A stretch of 64,000 bases of DNA from Callorhinchus milii (GCF_018977255.1 NW_024704742.1:71240001-71304000), one strand, 5' to 3'; counted from the first letter of the stretch, positions 1 through 11,962 are shown. The notes: a model not told the origin generated them from the letters alone. A program made the numbers and translations.

Positions 1-595
1 CTTCTACGATGACAGGTATTACCAATTACTATGTAAATTAAAGCAAATTGGGAAGCTTCAGTCAATCAGAGGTTTATTTTTGAACCTCTCTGTAACCTAG
101 GCTGAACCTATTTGTGTATTCCCACCTTCTTTGATTTGTACAGAAAGCTCGAGAAAGCACACTTAAGCAAACTGGTCCAATCAGATCCTCCTCTCAGTTG
201 CTCAATAGGGGACAAGTACACTTCCAGTCCTTAATTTGCATATTATAATGTAAGTTACCTGCCAAATTGTTGCATTTGGAGATGTGATGGCAACCTAAGT
301 ATCAAATACAATGTACATAAAAGATGTACTTAAAGGGCTACTCAATAAGTTTATAATGCGCACGCGCCAGTTCTACAGAACTTTGGCATTTTCCGAGTTT
401 CCCCAAGCGCAATCAGTAAATGTATAGTAATCCATAGTAATCAGTATTAACCACACTTACACTGGCTAATGCTTTTAGTGAAGAAAGACTTTACAGAAAA
501 TATTTTAGACAACAAATAGGCAGAGAAAACAATGGGATGACCATAACATAGGTGATGGCCAAGTACGACTGGAATAAGGAGACGCGATCTCATGT

Positions 596-1275
596 ACAAC
601 AACAACAACAAGATTGCATTTATAGAGCACCTTTCACATCAGGAGGACATCCCAAGGCGCTGGACAGTTGGGTCAGGACCCGAGCAGGGGGGAAATGGTC
701 AGGGTGAGGGGAGGGAACGGAGGGAGGGAGCAAGGAGGGGGGAAATGGTCAGGGTGAGGGAAGGGAGGGAGCGAGGAGGGGGGAAAGGGTCAGGGTGAGG
801 GGAGGGAAGGGAGGGAGCGAGGAGGGGGTAGAGAGTCGAGAGGGGAGGTGAAGGCACGGTTGAAGAGAAAGGTCTTGAGACCGGTCTTGAAGGAGGAAAG
901 GGAGGAAACAAGGCAAAGGCACTGGGGATGGAGTTCCAGAGCCTCGGGGCTGAGAGGCTGAAGGCCCGGCCACCAATGGTAGGGCGGTTGGGGCGGGGGA
1001 CGTGGAGCAGACCGGAGCCAGAGGAATGGAGGGTACGGGCAGGTAGGTAGGAGGATAGTAGATCGGAGAGGTAGGAGGGAGCGAGGCCGTGAATGGCCTT
1101 GTAGGTGAGGATGAGGATCTTGAATTCGATCCTCTGGGGGTTGGGGAGCCAGTGGAGGCGAGCGAGGGTGGGAGTGATGTGGTCCCGAAGCCTGGTGCGG
1201 GACAGTACACGAGCTGCAGAGTTCTGAATGACCTGCAGCTTGTGGAGGGAGGTGCCGGGAAGGCCGGCGAGGAGA
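596..1275 (-). mobile_element. L2-clade LINE 3' fragment
   Basis: (TTG)n tail and conserved L2 3' end (..GGCGCTATAAATGCAA-type); antisense RT C-terminus matches the other copies in the window. Confidence 0.85.
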
Positions 1276-1335
1276 GAGTTCCCATCGTCACATGTAGGTG
1301 GATGAGAGGGGAGAGATGATCAAGGAGTAGCTGAA

Positions 1336-2090
1336 ACAACAACAAATTACATTTGCATAGTGCCTTTCACATCAGGAGGTCGTCCCAAGGTGCTGGATAG
1401 TGCAGGGTTGGGATCAGGAAGGGTGGAGGGCAGGGAGGGTAGGGCTAGGAGGGTAACCAAAGGCAGGTGTTGAAGAGGAGGGTTTTGAGGTAGGTTTTGA
1501 AGAAGGCAGAGAGGGAGCAAGGTGGTGAAGACATTGGTCGATGTGGTAGCAGGTTACAGAAATAGGGAGGAGCAAGGCCATGGAGGACTTCGAAGGTCAG
1601 GATGCAGAATTTGAATGCTATACCAAGTCCGGGGCATGGGTAGCCAGTGGACCAGGGCGAGGATGGGGGTGATGGAGTCTAGTGCCGGAGAGGACACAAG
1701 CTGCAGAGTTCTGAATGATCTGCAGCTTGTGGAGGGAAGAGTTGGGAAGGCTGACAAACAGGGAGTTAGCATAGTTGACTGTAGAAAGTTAGCTCACATC
1801 CAGGACTTGATGTCTGACAGGCAATCTGTCAGGACAGCAGTGGTACTGTGGTCGAGGGTGGAGGCAGAGAGGTACAGTTGGCTGTAATACATGTGGAAGT
1901 TGACCCCACGTCTGCAGATCATGTCACCAAAAGAGAACATGTACAGGTTGAAAAGGAGAGGACCCAGGACAGAGCCCTGAGGAACACCACAAAAGACGGT
2001 GCTGGGGCTGGAGGTGAAGCCATTTGTGGAGACAATGTGCAGCCGGTGTGAGAGATAGGATCTGAACCATTTACTGTGTGATCTGGGAGG
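1336..2090 (-). mobile_element. L2-clade LINE fragments including RT core
   Basis: Minus-strand ORF contains the RT motif [17 protein letters not shown] and [10 protein letters not shown]. Confidence 0.85.
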
Positions 2091-2101
2091 TCCTCCAGTT
2101 A

Positions 2102-2392
2102 TTGCAATGTAGCCGTGCTCTTCTTTGTTCTTCAGTTTCATTTAATCAGCCTTCTTTCTTTTGTCTGGTATTTTGATTTGTATTTGAAAGGCTTGATGTT
2201 AGCTTACGCATTTTTATCTTGTTCCTGCCGCTTGGCTCCGTCTGAGTGCATACATGCTGCATGCGTACGTGGTCTGTGACACACGATGCCACAGCGCCAC
2301 TGGGAGTCAGCGCGGCCATCAGTTGTAAGCATTGGCGGGTAAGATCTTGGCTGGCACGCAGACAGACATTGTCGTTTTATTAGTATAGAAGA
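2102..2392 (-). mobile_element. Non-autonomous Helitron-like element, 5' part
   Basis: Minus strand begins A|TCTTCTATACTAATAAAACG; internal similarity to 13551-13944 and 39011-39617. Confidence 0.6.
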
Positions 2393-2532
2393 TTATACCT
2401 CTTAGGTTGTACTCAGTAGAGGTGATATAAACACACAGTGTTTGACTTGTTTCTCTTGCCCCTCCTCCACCCTCTCAGCTGCCAAGTTTATACTCATTTT
2501 TTGGCCATAGAGATGAAGTTTATAGTAAACAC

Positions 2533-2828
2533 ATACAACAAGATTGCATTTATAGAGTGCCTTTCATGTCGGGAGGACATCCCAAGGCGCTGGACAGTTG
2601 GGTCGGGACCCGAGCATTGGGGGACATGGTCAGGGTGAGGGGAGGGGAGGGAGGGAGCGAGGAGGGGGGAAATGGTCAGGGTGAGGGGAGGGAAGGGAGG
2701 GAGCGAGGAGTGGGTAGAGAGTCGAGAGGGGAGCTGAAGGCACGGTCAAAGAGAAAGGTCTTGAGACCGGCCTTGAAGGAGGAAAGGGAGGAAGCGGCGA
2801 AGGCACTGGGGGATGGAGTTCCAGAGCT
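2533..2828 (-). mobile_element. L2-clade LINE 3' end
   Basis: Near-identical to 596-945. Confidence 0.85.
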
Positions 2829-3065
2829 GATCTACGTTATCTATCACAGATAATAATATAACGGATACTAATATTCTTTACACAGATTGCAGTGAGAATG
2901 TGGAATTCATTACCAGAGGCCGTGGTTGAAACAGAAAGCATCAGTTTCATTTAAAAAGAAACTCGGTGTTTACCTGCAAACATGATTGCTGTTACGTGAT
3001 TTCACGGTAACTGAAAAGAAATTGAGAAATGCTGTACTGAGAGATAACAGATAATGGAATGGGTG

Positions 3066-3241
3066 TTGCTCAGCAAAAGTACTACTGCAACAACACATCA
3101 GGAGGGTAAAACGGCACTGCTCGGCAGTCTAAGCCCAGCTCACGGTCTCTATTTGCGGGTGAACAATCCAACACTTGGTGAGTTCTGCTGTACAGCGATA
3201 GAAAGAGGCGACGTCAAAGGATCAAAAAGTGCCGTCACTAA
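3066..3241 (-). pseudogene. Decayed 28S (LSU) rRNA fragment, peptidyl-transferase region up to just before the sarcin-ricin loop
   Basis: Reverse complement reads TTTTTGATCCTTTGACGTCGCCTCTTTCTATC...GTTGGATTGTTCACCCGC...GTGAGCTGGGCTTAGAC...GTTTTACCCTCCTGATGTGTTGTTGC, collinear with eukaryotic 28S domain V/VI but with many substitutions. Confidence 0.85.
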
Positions 3242-3252
3242 ATCCTGTATCT

Positions 3253-6200
3253 GAGTGTGAGGGGCAGTGTGTGTGTGAGGGGCAGTGTGTGTGAGGGGCA
3301 GTGTGTGTGTGAGGGGCAGTGTGTGTGTGAGGGGCAGTGTGCGTGAGGGGCAGCGTGTGTGTGTGTGTGTGTGTGTGTGAGGGGCAGTGTGTGTGTGGGG
3401 GGCAGTGTGTGTGTGAGGGGCTGTGTGTGTGTGTGTGAGGCAGTGTGTGTGTGTGTGAGGGGCAGTGTGTGTGTGAGGGGCAGTGTGTGTGTGTGTGAGG
3501 GGCAGTGTGTGTGTGTGTGTGTGAGGGGCAGTGTGTGTGTGTGGGGCAGTGTATGTGTGTGGGGCAGTGTGTGTGTGTGTGGGGCAGTGTGTGTGTGTGT
3601 GTGAGGGGCAGTGTGTGTGTGTGTGAGGGGCAGTGTGTGTGTGTGTGAGGGGCAGTGTGTGTGTGAGGGGCAGTGTGTGTGTGAGGGGCAGTGTGTGTGT
3701 GAGGGGCAGTGTGTGTGTGTGTGTGAGGGGCAGTGTGTGTGTGTGTGTGTGTGTGTGAGGGGCAGTGTGTGTGTGTGTGTGTGTGTAGTATCAGCAGCCT
3801 CTCACACACACACACACTGCCCCACACACACACACTGCCCCACACACACACACTGCCCCACACACACACACTGCCCCTCACACACACACACACACACTGC
3901 CCCTCACACACACACACTGCCCCTCACACACACACTGCCCCTCACACACACACTGCCCCTCACACACACACACACTGCCCCACACACACACACACACACA
4001 CACTGCCCCCCACACACACACCGACACACTGCCCCCCACACACACACTGCTGCCCCCACACACACACACTGCCCCACCCACACACACACACTGCCCCACC
4101 CACACACACACTGCCCCACCCACACACACACACTGCCCCACCCACACACACACTCCCCCCCACACACACACTGCCCCCCCCACACACACACTGCCCCCCA
4201 CACACACACTGCCCCCCCACACACACACTGCCCCCCCCCACACACACACTGCCCCCCCACACACACTGCCCCCCCACACACACACTGCCCCCCCACACAC
4301 ACACTGCCCCCCCACACACACGGCCCCCCCACACACACACACGGCGCCCCCACCACACACACACACGGCCCCCCACCCACACACACACGGCCCCCCACCA
4401 CACACACACGGCCCCCCAACACAAACGGCCCCCACCCACACACACACGGCCCCCCACCCACACACACACGGCCCCACCCACACACACACGGCCCCCACCA
4501 CACACACACGGCCCCCACCCACACACACACGGCCCCCACCACCCACACACACACGTGCCCCACCACACACACACGGCCCCCACCCACACACACACGGCCC
4601 CCCACCACACACACACGGCCCCCACCCACACACACACGGCCCCCCACCCACACACACACGGCCCCACCCACACACACACGGCCCCCACCCACACACACAC
4701 GGCCCCCCCACACACACACGGCCCCCACCCACACACACACGGCCCCCACCCACACACACACGGCCCCCCACCCACACACACACGGCCCCCACCCACACAC
4801 ACACGGCCCCCACCCACACACACACGGCCCCCCACCCACACACACACGGCCCCCACCCACACACACACGGCCCCCACCCCACACACACACGGCCCCCCAC
4901 CCACACACACACGGCCCCCCACCCACACACACACGGCCCCCACCCACACACACACACGGCCCCCCACCCACACACACACGGCCCCCACCACACACACACG
5001 GCCCCCACCCACACACACACGGCCCCACCCCACACACACACGGCCCCCCACCCACACACACACGCCCCACACACACACACACGGCCCTCACACACACACA
5101 CACGGCCCCCCACACACACACACACGGCCCCCCCCACACACACACACGGCCCCCCCACACACACACACGGCCCCCCCACACACACACGGCCCCCACCCAC
5201 ACACACACGGCCCCCCACCCACACACACACGGCCCCCCACCCACACACACACACGGCCCCCCACCCACACACGGCCCCCCACACACACACGGCCCCCCAC
5301 ACACACACGGCCCCTCACACACACACTGCCCCTCACACACACACTGCCCACACACACACACACACACTGCCCCACACACACACACACACTGCCCTCACAC
5401 ACACACACACTGCCCCTCACACACACACACTGCCCCTCACACACACACACACTGCCCCTCACACACACACACACACTGCCCCTCACACACACACTGCCCC
5501 TCACACACACACTGCCCCTCACACACACTGCCCCTCACACACACACTGCCCCTCACACACACACTGCCCCTCACACACACACTGCCCCACACACACTGCC
5601 CCTCTCACACACACACACACTGCCCCTCTCACACACACACACTGCCCCCCACACACACACACACTGCCCCCACACACACACACTGCCCCTCACACACACA
5701 CACACACTGCCCTCACACACACACACACACTGCCCCTCACACACCCCACTGCCCCTCATACACACACCACTGCCCCTCATACACACACCACACTGCCCCT
5801 CACACACACACACACACTGCCCCTCACACACACACACACTGCCCCTCCACACACACACTGCCCCACACACACACACACTGCCCCTCACACACACACACAC
5901 ACACACTGCCCACACACACACACACTGCCCACACACACACACACTGCCCCCACCACACACACACACTGCCCCCACACACACACACACACTGCCCCTCACA
6001 CACACACACACACACTGCCCCTCACACACACACACACACACACTGCCCCTCACACACACACACACACACTGCCCCTCACACACACACACACACTGCCCCT
6101 CACACACACACACACACACTGAGCCCCTACACACACACACACACACACTGCCCCTCACACACACACACACACACTGCCCCTCACACACACACACACACTG

Positions 6201-6337
6201 CCCCTCACACACACACACACACACTGCCCCTCACACACACACACACACTGCCCCTCACACACACACACACACACTGCCCCTCACACACACACTGCCCCTC
6301 ACACACACACACACACACTGCCCCTCACACACACACA
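3253..6337. repeat. Compound (CA)n-CTGCCCC(T)/CGGCCCCC minisatellite with an orientation switch at ~3790
   Basis: GTGTGTGAGGGGCA units at 3253-3786, then the reverse-complement units at 3800-6337. Confidence 0.97.
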
Positions 6338-6485
6338 TGGCGGAATGGGACGTCCTCCTGACGTGAAAGGCGCTTTATAAATGGAATCTTGTTGTTGTTG
6401 TTGTTGTTGTAGTATCAGCAGCTGCCGCTCACAATGACCCGCCGCCCCGGACCAGCAAACACCGCGGCCGCGCGGGACCACTTAC

Positions 6486-6540
6486 GGTTTTATATCCGGT
6501 TCCCACATCGCTGCCGTGACGTTGTTTTTGCTAATTTCCG
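6486..6540 (-). other. Candidate first exon of an unidentified divergent transcript (ATG at 6508, MWEPDIKP)
   Basis: Consensus GTAAGT donor facing away from the promoter; 5' boundary approximate. Confidence 0.45.
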
Positions 6541-6619
6541 GTGTCCCGCCCACTTCCGGTTCCGTTACTTTCCAGGTTCGTTGCTAATGTAAACTTCCCA
6601 TTGGATACAGCCCCACTTC

Positions 6620-6691
6620 CGGTACGGTTGCTAGGGCGACGGAGCCGCTTCGTGTCATCTCGGAAGAAACGAAGCGTCAAAAATAACAGCG
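6620..6691 (+). other. CCDC166: Probable non-coding exon 1 of the CCDC166-like gene
   Basis: GTGAGT donor at the edge of the CpG island; start approximate. Confidence 0.65.
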
Positions 6692-6714
6692 GTGAGTTCC
6701 CGTGGAGCAGAGCA

Positions 6715-8595
6715 TTGTGGGGGGAATGGTCGCTGGGGGGGGAATGGTCACTGGGGAGAATGGTCACTGGGGAGAGTGGTCACTGGGGGGAAGGGTCACT
6801 GGGGAGGAGTGGTCACTGGGGGGAAATGGTCGCTGGGGGCGAGTGGTCACTGGGGGGAATGGTCACTGGGGGGGAATGGTCACTGGGGGGAATGGTCGCT
6901 GGGGGAATGGTCACTGGGGGAATGGTCACTGGGGAATGGTCGCTGGGGGAATGGTCACTGGGGGAATGGTCGCTGGGGGAATGGTCACTGGGGGGAATGG
7001 TCACTGGGGGAATGGTCGCTGAGGGAATGGTCACTGGGGGAATGGTCACTGGGGGAATGGTCACTGGGGGAATGGTCGCTGGGGGAATGGTCACTGGGGG
7101 AATGGTCGCTGGGGGAATGGTCACTGGGGGAATGGTCGCTGAGGAATGGTCACTGGGGAATGGTCGCTGGGGGGAATGATCGCTGGGGGAATGGTCACTG
7201 GGGGGGAATGGTCGCTGGGGGGAATGGTCACTGGGGGAATGGTCGCTGGGGGGGAATGGTACTGGGGGAATGGTCGCTGGGGGATTGGTCGCTGGGGGAA
7301 TGGTCACTGGGGGGAATGGTCGCTGGGGGGAATGGTCACTGGGGGAATGGTCACTGGGGGAATGGTCGCTGGGGGAATGGTCACTGGGGTAATGGTCACT
7401 GGGGGGAATGGTCGCTGGGGGAATGGTCACTGGGGGAATGGTCACTGGGGGGAATGGTCACTGGGGGAATGGTCGCTGGGGGGATTGGTCGCTGGGGGAA
7501 TGGTCACTGGGGGGAATGGTCGCTGGGGGAAATGGTCGCTCGGGGGAATGGTCACTGAGGGAATGGTCGCTGAGGGGGAATGGTCGCTGAGGGAATGGTC
7601 GCTGAGGGGAATGGTCACTGGGGGAATGGTCGCTGAGGGGAATGGTCGCTGGGGGGAATGGTCACTGGGGGAATGGTCACTGGGGGGGAATGGTCGTTCG
7701 GCGGAATGATCGCTGTGGGGGAATGGTCGCTGGGGGGAATGGTCGCTGGGGGAATGGTCACTCGGGGGAATGGTCACTGAGGGGGAATGGTCACTGGGGG
7801 AATGGTCACTGGGGGGGAATGGTCGTTGGGCGGAATGGTCACTGGGGGAATGGTCTCTGAGGGGAATGGTCGCTGGGGGGAATGGTCGCTGAGGGAATGG
7901 TCGCTGGGGAATGGTCACTCGGGGGAATGGTCACTGAGGGGGAATGGTCACTGGGGGAATGGTCACTGGGGGGGAATGGTCGTTCGGCGGAATGGTCGCT
8001 GGGGGGGAATGATCGCTGGGGGAATGGTAACTTGGGAATGGTCGTTGGGGGGAATGGTCACTGGGGGGGAATGGTCGCTGGGGGGGACTGGTCGTGGGGA
8101 ATGGTAACTTGGGAATGGTCGTTGGGCGGAATGGTCACTGGGGGGGAATGGTCGCTGGGGGAATAGTCACTGGGGGATTGGTCACTGAGGGGAATGGTCG
8201 CTGGGGGGAATGGTCACTGGGGGAATGGTCACTTGGGGGGAATGGTCACTGGGGGAATGGTCGCTGGGGGAATGGTAACTTGGGAATGGTCGCTGGGGGG
8301 GAATGGTCACTGGGGCGGAATGGTCGCTGGGGCGGAATGGTCGCTGGGGGAATGGTCACTGGGGGAATGGTTGCAGGGGGGGAATGGTCGCTGGAGGGGA
8401 ATGGTCGCTGGGGGAATGGTCGCTGGGGGGAATGGTCGCTGGGGGGGAATGGTCGGGGGGGGAATGGTCGTTGGGGGGAATGGTCGCTGGGGGGGAATGG
8501 TCGTTGGGCGGAATGGTCGCTGGGGGGGAATGGTCGCTGGGGGGGGATGGTCGCTGGGGGGGAATGGTCGCTGGGCGGAATGGTCGCTGGGGGAG
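6715..8595 (+). repeat. G-rich ~15-bp satellite (GGGGGAATGGTC[A/G]CT)n
   Basis: More than 100 tandem units directly visible. Confidence 0.98.
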
Positions 8596-9011
8596 GATTG
8601 TAAATAATGTAAATAAATCAATATATGTGTGTTTTATATATATTAATACTTGTAAATATCTTCGCACTTGATATCATGTCTTATATCAGTGTGGTTGAAC
8701 AGCCACATCCACCCTGGTGGGTTATATTATCTGGCCTGGGACCATTTCCAAAATTTTTGCTCCCTCCCTCAATCCCTCCCTCCCTTCCTGATGAACGTCC
8801 TCCCATAGCAGCGGCAGAAGCTGGTGGTTAGCTGGCAGGGAGAGCGGAAATAATGCCCGCCGTTACTGCAACGTGTACCCAAACTGAGGGGAAGGCAAGC
8901 GCGTCTCCTTACCAGCCGAGTCCTTACCACCCGTCGGATCCTGCTACTGCAGATAGTGATTGGGAGAGAAAAATTGAGAGATGGGAGAGGTGGAAAGAGA
9001 GGAATGGGAGA

Positions 9012-9330
9012 GTAATCTAACACAAGGGGCATAGTCTTAAAATTAGAACCAGGCCATTTAAGAGTGAAATCAGGAAGCATTGTTTCACTCAAAGGGTGGT
9101 AGAAATTTTGAATTCTCTTCCCCCAAAGGCCGTGGATGCTGGATCCATCCACACCTTCAAGAGTGAGGTTGATAGATTTTTGGTAGGTCAGGGTATTAAG
9201 AAATATGGGGAAAAAGTGGGATGTTGGTATTGAAAGGATTAGTTGAAGTACAGATCAGCCACTATTTAATTAAACGGGGAACAGGCTCGAAGGGCTGAAG
9301 GCCTCCTCCTGTTCCTATGTTCTATGTTTC
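9012..9330 (+). mobile_element. CR1-clade LINE 3' fragment
   Basis: GGGCATAGTCTTAAAATTAG...GTGGTAGAAAT..GAATTCTCT, ending in GGCCTCCTCCTGTTCCTATGTTCTATG. Confidence 0.8.
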
Positions 9331-10609
9331 GAGAGGGAGAGGGGGAGGGGAGACGACAACAGAGAGGAGGGGAGGAGGGAGTAATTCTTACACAAAATGA
9401 TGCACAAAAGAAATAGCACCTGCAGCGAGTGATCAAGCCAGGCCCACACACTGACCTGACTTCTTTCTAGAAGCCACAAGAGTTGCAGCTGTGACTCCTC
9501 ATATATTCATGTACTTTTATATTTCACTCGAACAAACTTTAAATTGTCCACAACATCCTGTCTGCCATGCATTGTGTTCTAAATGAAACATACAACTGGA
9601 TGTGTGGTTGAATAAGTGTTTAAGCTTTTGCTTGTCAGCGTCCCAATCAGCATAATCCGATCACAGAGCCAAGGCCACTCTGGTCGTGCTTGTCTCTATT
9701 CAAGGATAGCAGCAACAGCAACAAATTACACTTGTATAGCACCCTTCACATCCCAAAGAGATTGCAGTGCGCTGGACAGTCAGGGTTTTTTGGACGAGAA
9801 CTGGGAGTTGGTGTCAGGAGGGGTGAAGGGCAGGTGAGGGTGAGAGGGTGGCCGAAGGGACTGTCAAAGAGGAAGTTCTTTATACGGGACTTGAAGGAGG
9901 CAAGAGAGGGAATGAGGTGGAGGGATTACGGGATAGAGTTTCAGAGCTCCTGGTGCAGGTCAAGCTTGCAGCATATGAGACCTGTGTGCAAACAGTCCTC
10001 CTTTCTGGATCCAAGTTCCTGGGCATGCAGCGGAGGTGCTGCCACCTGCCCCCAAAAGGCTGTGGATCCTGGTTCCATTCAAAAGCCTAGTGTGGATAGA
10101 TTTATGGGGCAAAGGTGGGTACAGATCAGCCATGTTTTAATAGAATGGCAGAACAGATTTGAGGGGCTAAATGGCCTACTCTTGTTCCAAGGGAGGGGGA
10201 GAGGCACAGAAATGGTAGTAGGCCTTCAAATCCCTCGAGTCTCTTCAGCTCCAACACAATGCTGAGTGGAGTGCTGCAGTGAAATATTAAACTGAGGCTC
10301 CATCTGTGCCCTGTTCAGGGGGATGTTAAAGATCCCACATCATAGTTGGAAAAGAGAAAGGAGTGTCTGTCTCCCGGTGTCCTGGCCGACAATCTCCCTG
10401 ATAGAGTTAGACATTCACTTCTTGGTTGTTTGCGGGGACGTTGCTGTGTGCAATTCGGCTGATGGATTTGCCTAAAAAATAAACAGTCACTACGCTGTAC
10501 AGTGATTGCCCACAAAATGCACTAAAATGTCATTAGGTGATCTTTCTCACTGAAGTTGCTGTTGCTGAGAGAGAGAGCTTACTTGAAGAGGCACTGATTC
10601 ACCGAAAAG

Positions 10610-10728
10610 ATGTCGAAAAAAAAGGAAAAGAAGAAAAAGGAGAAGGGAGGAGACAAGAGCAAGGTGGTCGGTACAGAGGTGGACGTGATGACTGCTGCCA
10701 GTGAGCGGGTCATAACTCTCCAGAGACA
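10610..10728 (+). CDS. CCDC166: CCDC166/CCDC121-like (DUF4515) coding exon 1 (acceptor at 10555)
   Basis: MSKKKEKKKKEKGGDKSKVVGTEVDVMTAASERVITLQR; donor GTAAGC, phase 2. Confidence 0.8.
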
Positions 10729-10754
10729 GTAAGCTGCGCTGCTTCATCCTACAT

Positions 10755-11066
10755 TTAATAATAAATATATGATCACATCTTTGAAATGTCTCAAAGTGCT
10801 TCACAGAATATACTGTAAAGTGGATTGACTGTATATTTTGTGTGTGAAACACGAAAGCCAATTGCAAAGCAGTATCCCACAAACAGTTGTGGATTGAGTG
10901 ACCAAATATTATTTTTTGAAGGGATAATTACCCCCGGAAAGCGATCCACCAATCGACTAACAAGCGGAAGTAAGGAAACTTGCCTAACGTGTTGCCCGTC
11001 CGGGAATCGAACCCAGGTCCTCTCGTTTGCGAGGTGAATGCTCTAACCACTAAGCTGCAGGACTCC
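10755..11066 (-). mobile_element. tRNA-Ala-derived SINE
   Basis: Head GGAGTCCTG..GCTTAGTGGTTAGAGC...GGTTCGATTCC with shared body and tail. Confidence 0.85.
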
Positions 11067-11227
11067 ACAATAATGCTTATATCTGTTACAGCACCTCTCA
11101 CGCGGAAGCAATTGTCAGAATGCTTTGCAGAATTTGCTGCGAAGTGGCCATGTGTTTTGCAAACCCCCAATGTATGACCTGAATTATCCAGGGGGACTGT
11201 CGGCCAGGAAACCAGGAGAAACTCACC

Positions 11228-11580
11228 ATCTAGGCTGATGCTCCAGCGCAGTGCTGGGGGAAGCGCTGCATTGTCGGGTATGCCGTCCTTCAGATGAGAC
11301 ATTAAACCGAGGTCCCATCTATGTCTGTTCAGGTGGATGTTAAGGAGCCTGCGGGGCTGTTTGCAAACAGCAGGGAGTTTCTCTCGTCCGGTGTCCTAGC
11401 TGATTTTATCTACCAGATAAAATTGACTCACGGCTGTTTGTGAATCATTGCTGTGCACAAACTGGCTGCCACGGCCGCCTACAAAACACAGTCACTATGC
11501 ATTACAGTAAATCCTGTGAAGTGCTTTGAGACATCCTCCCAATGTGAAGGATGTCATACAAATGCAATGATTATTATTAT
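11228..11580 (+). mobile_element. Deu-domain SINE (SacSINE1/AmnSINE1-like)
   Basis: GATGAGACATTAAACCGAGGTCCC..GTTCAGGTGGATGTTAAGGA core; many copies in the window. Confidence 0.75.
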
Positions 11581-11962
11581 TGGAGCAGTAAATCGTCCTC
11601 TTCTCTGTCCGACATTGTAACCCAGTCCCAACCTCAGAAGACCATCCCTGAAGGGGCGGGCTCCCTGTAAAATATCAGTTAGAGCAAAGTGAGAGCTCTA
11701 ATAAATATGCTACAGAGAGTCCTGTAGGGTATTGGTTAGAGGACCTGTCTCGCAAGCAAGAGGACCCGGGTTCAATTCCCGGGCTGGGTGAAACGTTAAG
11801 CAAGTTTTCTTACTACACACGCCTCTGTTTACCTAGCAGTAAGTAGGAACCCAGCGGTTAGTCGGTGGATTGCTTTAAGGGTAACAATCCCCTAAAGAAA
11901 ATATATATCATTTGATCACTGAATCCACGACTGTTTGTTGGATACTGCTGCACACAATTGGG

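Larger units (their letters stand above)
6420..6700. promoter_or_regulatory. CpG-rich, probably bidirectional promoter
   Basis: Dense CpG; ETS ACTTCCGG at 6552 and 6615; GC box at 6545; RFX X-box-like GTTGCTAGGGCGAC (6627-6640) and GTTGCTAATGTAAAC (6580-6594); outward-facing donors G|GTGAGT (6691/6692, +) and CC|GTAAGT (6486/6485, -). Confidence 0.8.

Noticed and set aside
3066..3241. Functional rRNA gene
   Set aside because: Short, diverged at near-invariant positions, no flanking rDNA
3222..6366. Very long ORFs (up to 916 aa, His/Thr/Pro- or Cys/Val-rich)
   Set aside because: Stop-free translations of the (CA)n satellite in many frames on both strands
6541..8671. GEWSL/GMVTG/GNGHW repeat ORFs, or a CRISPR-like array
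   Set aside because: Head-to-tail 15-mer satellite with no unique spacers and no cas genes; eukaryotic intron
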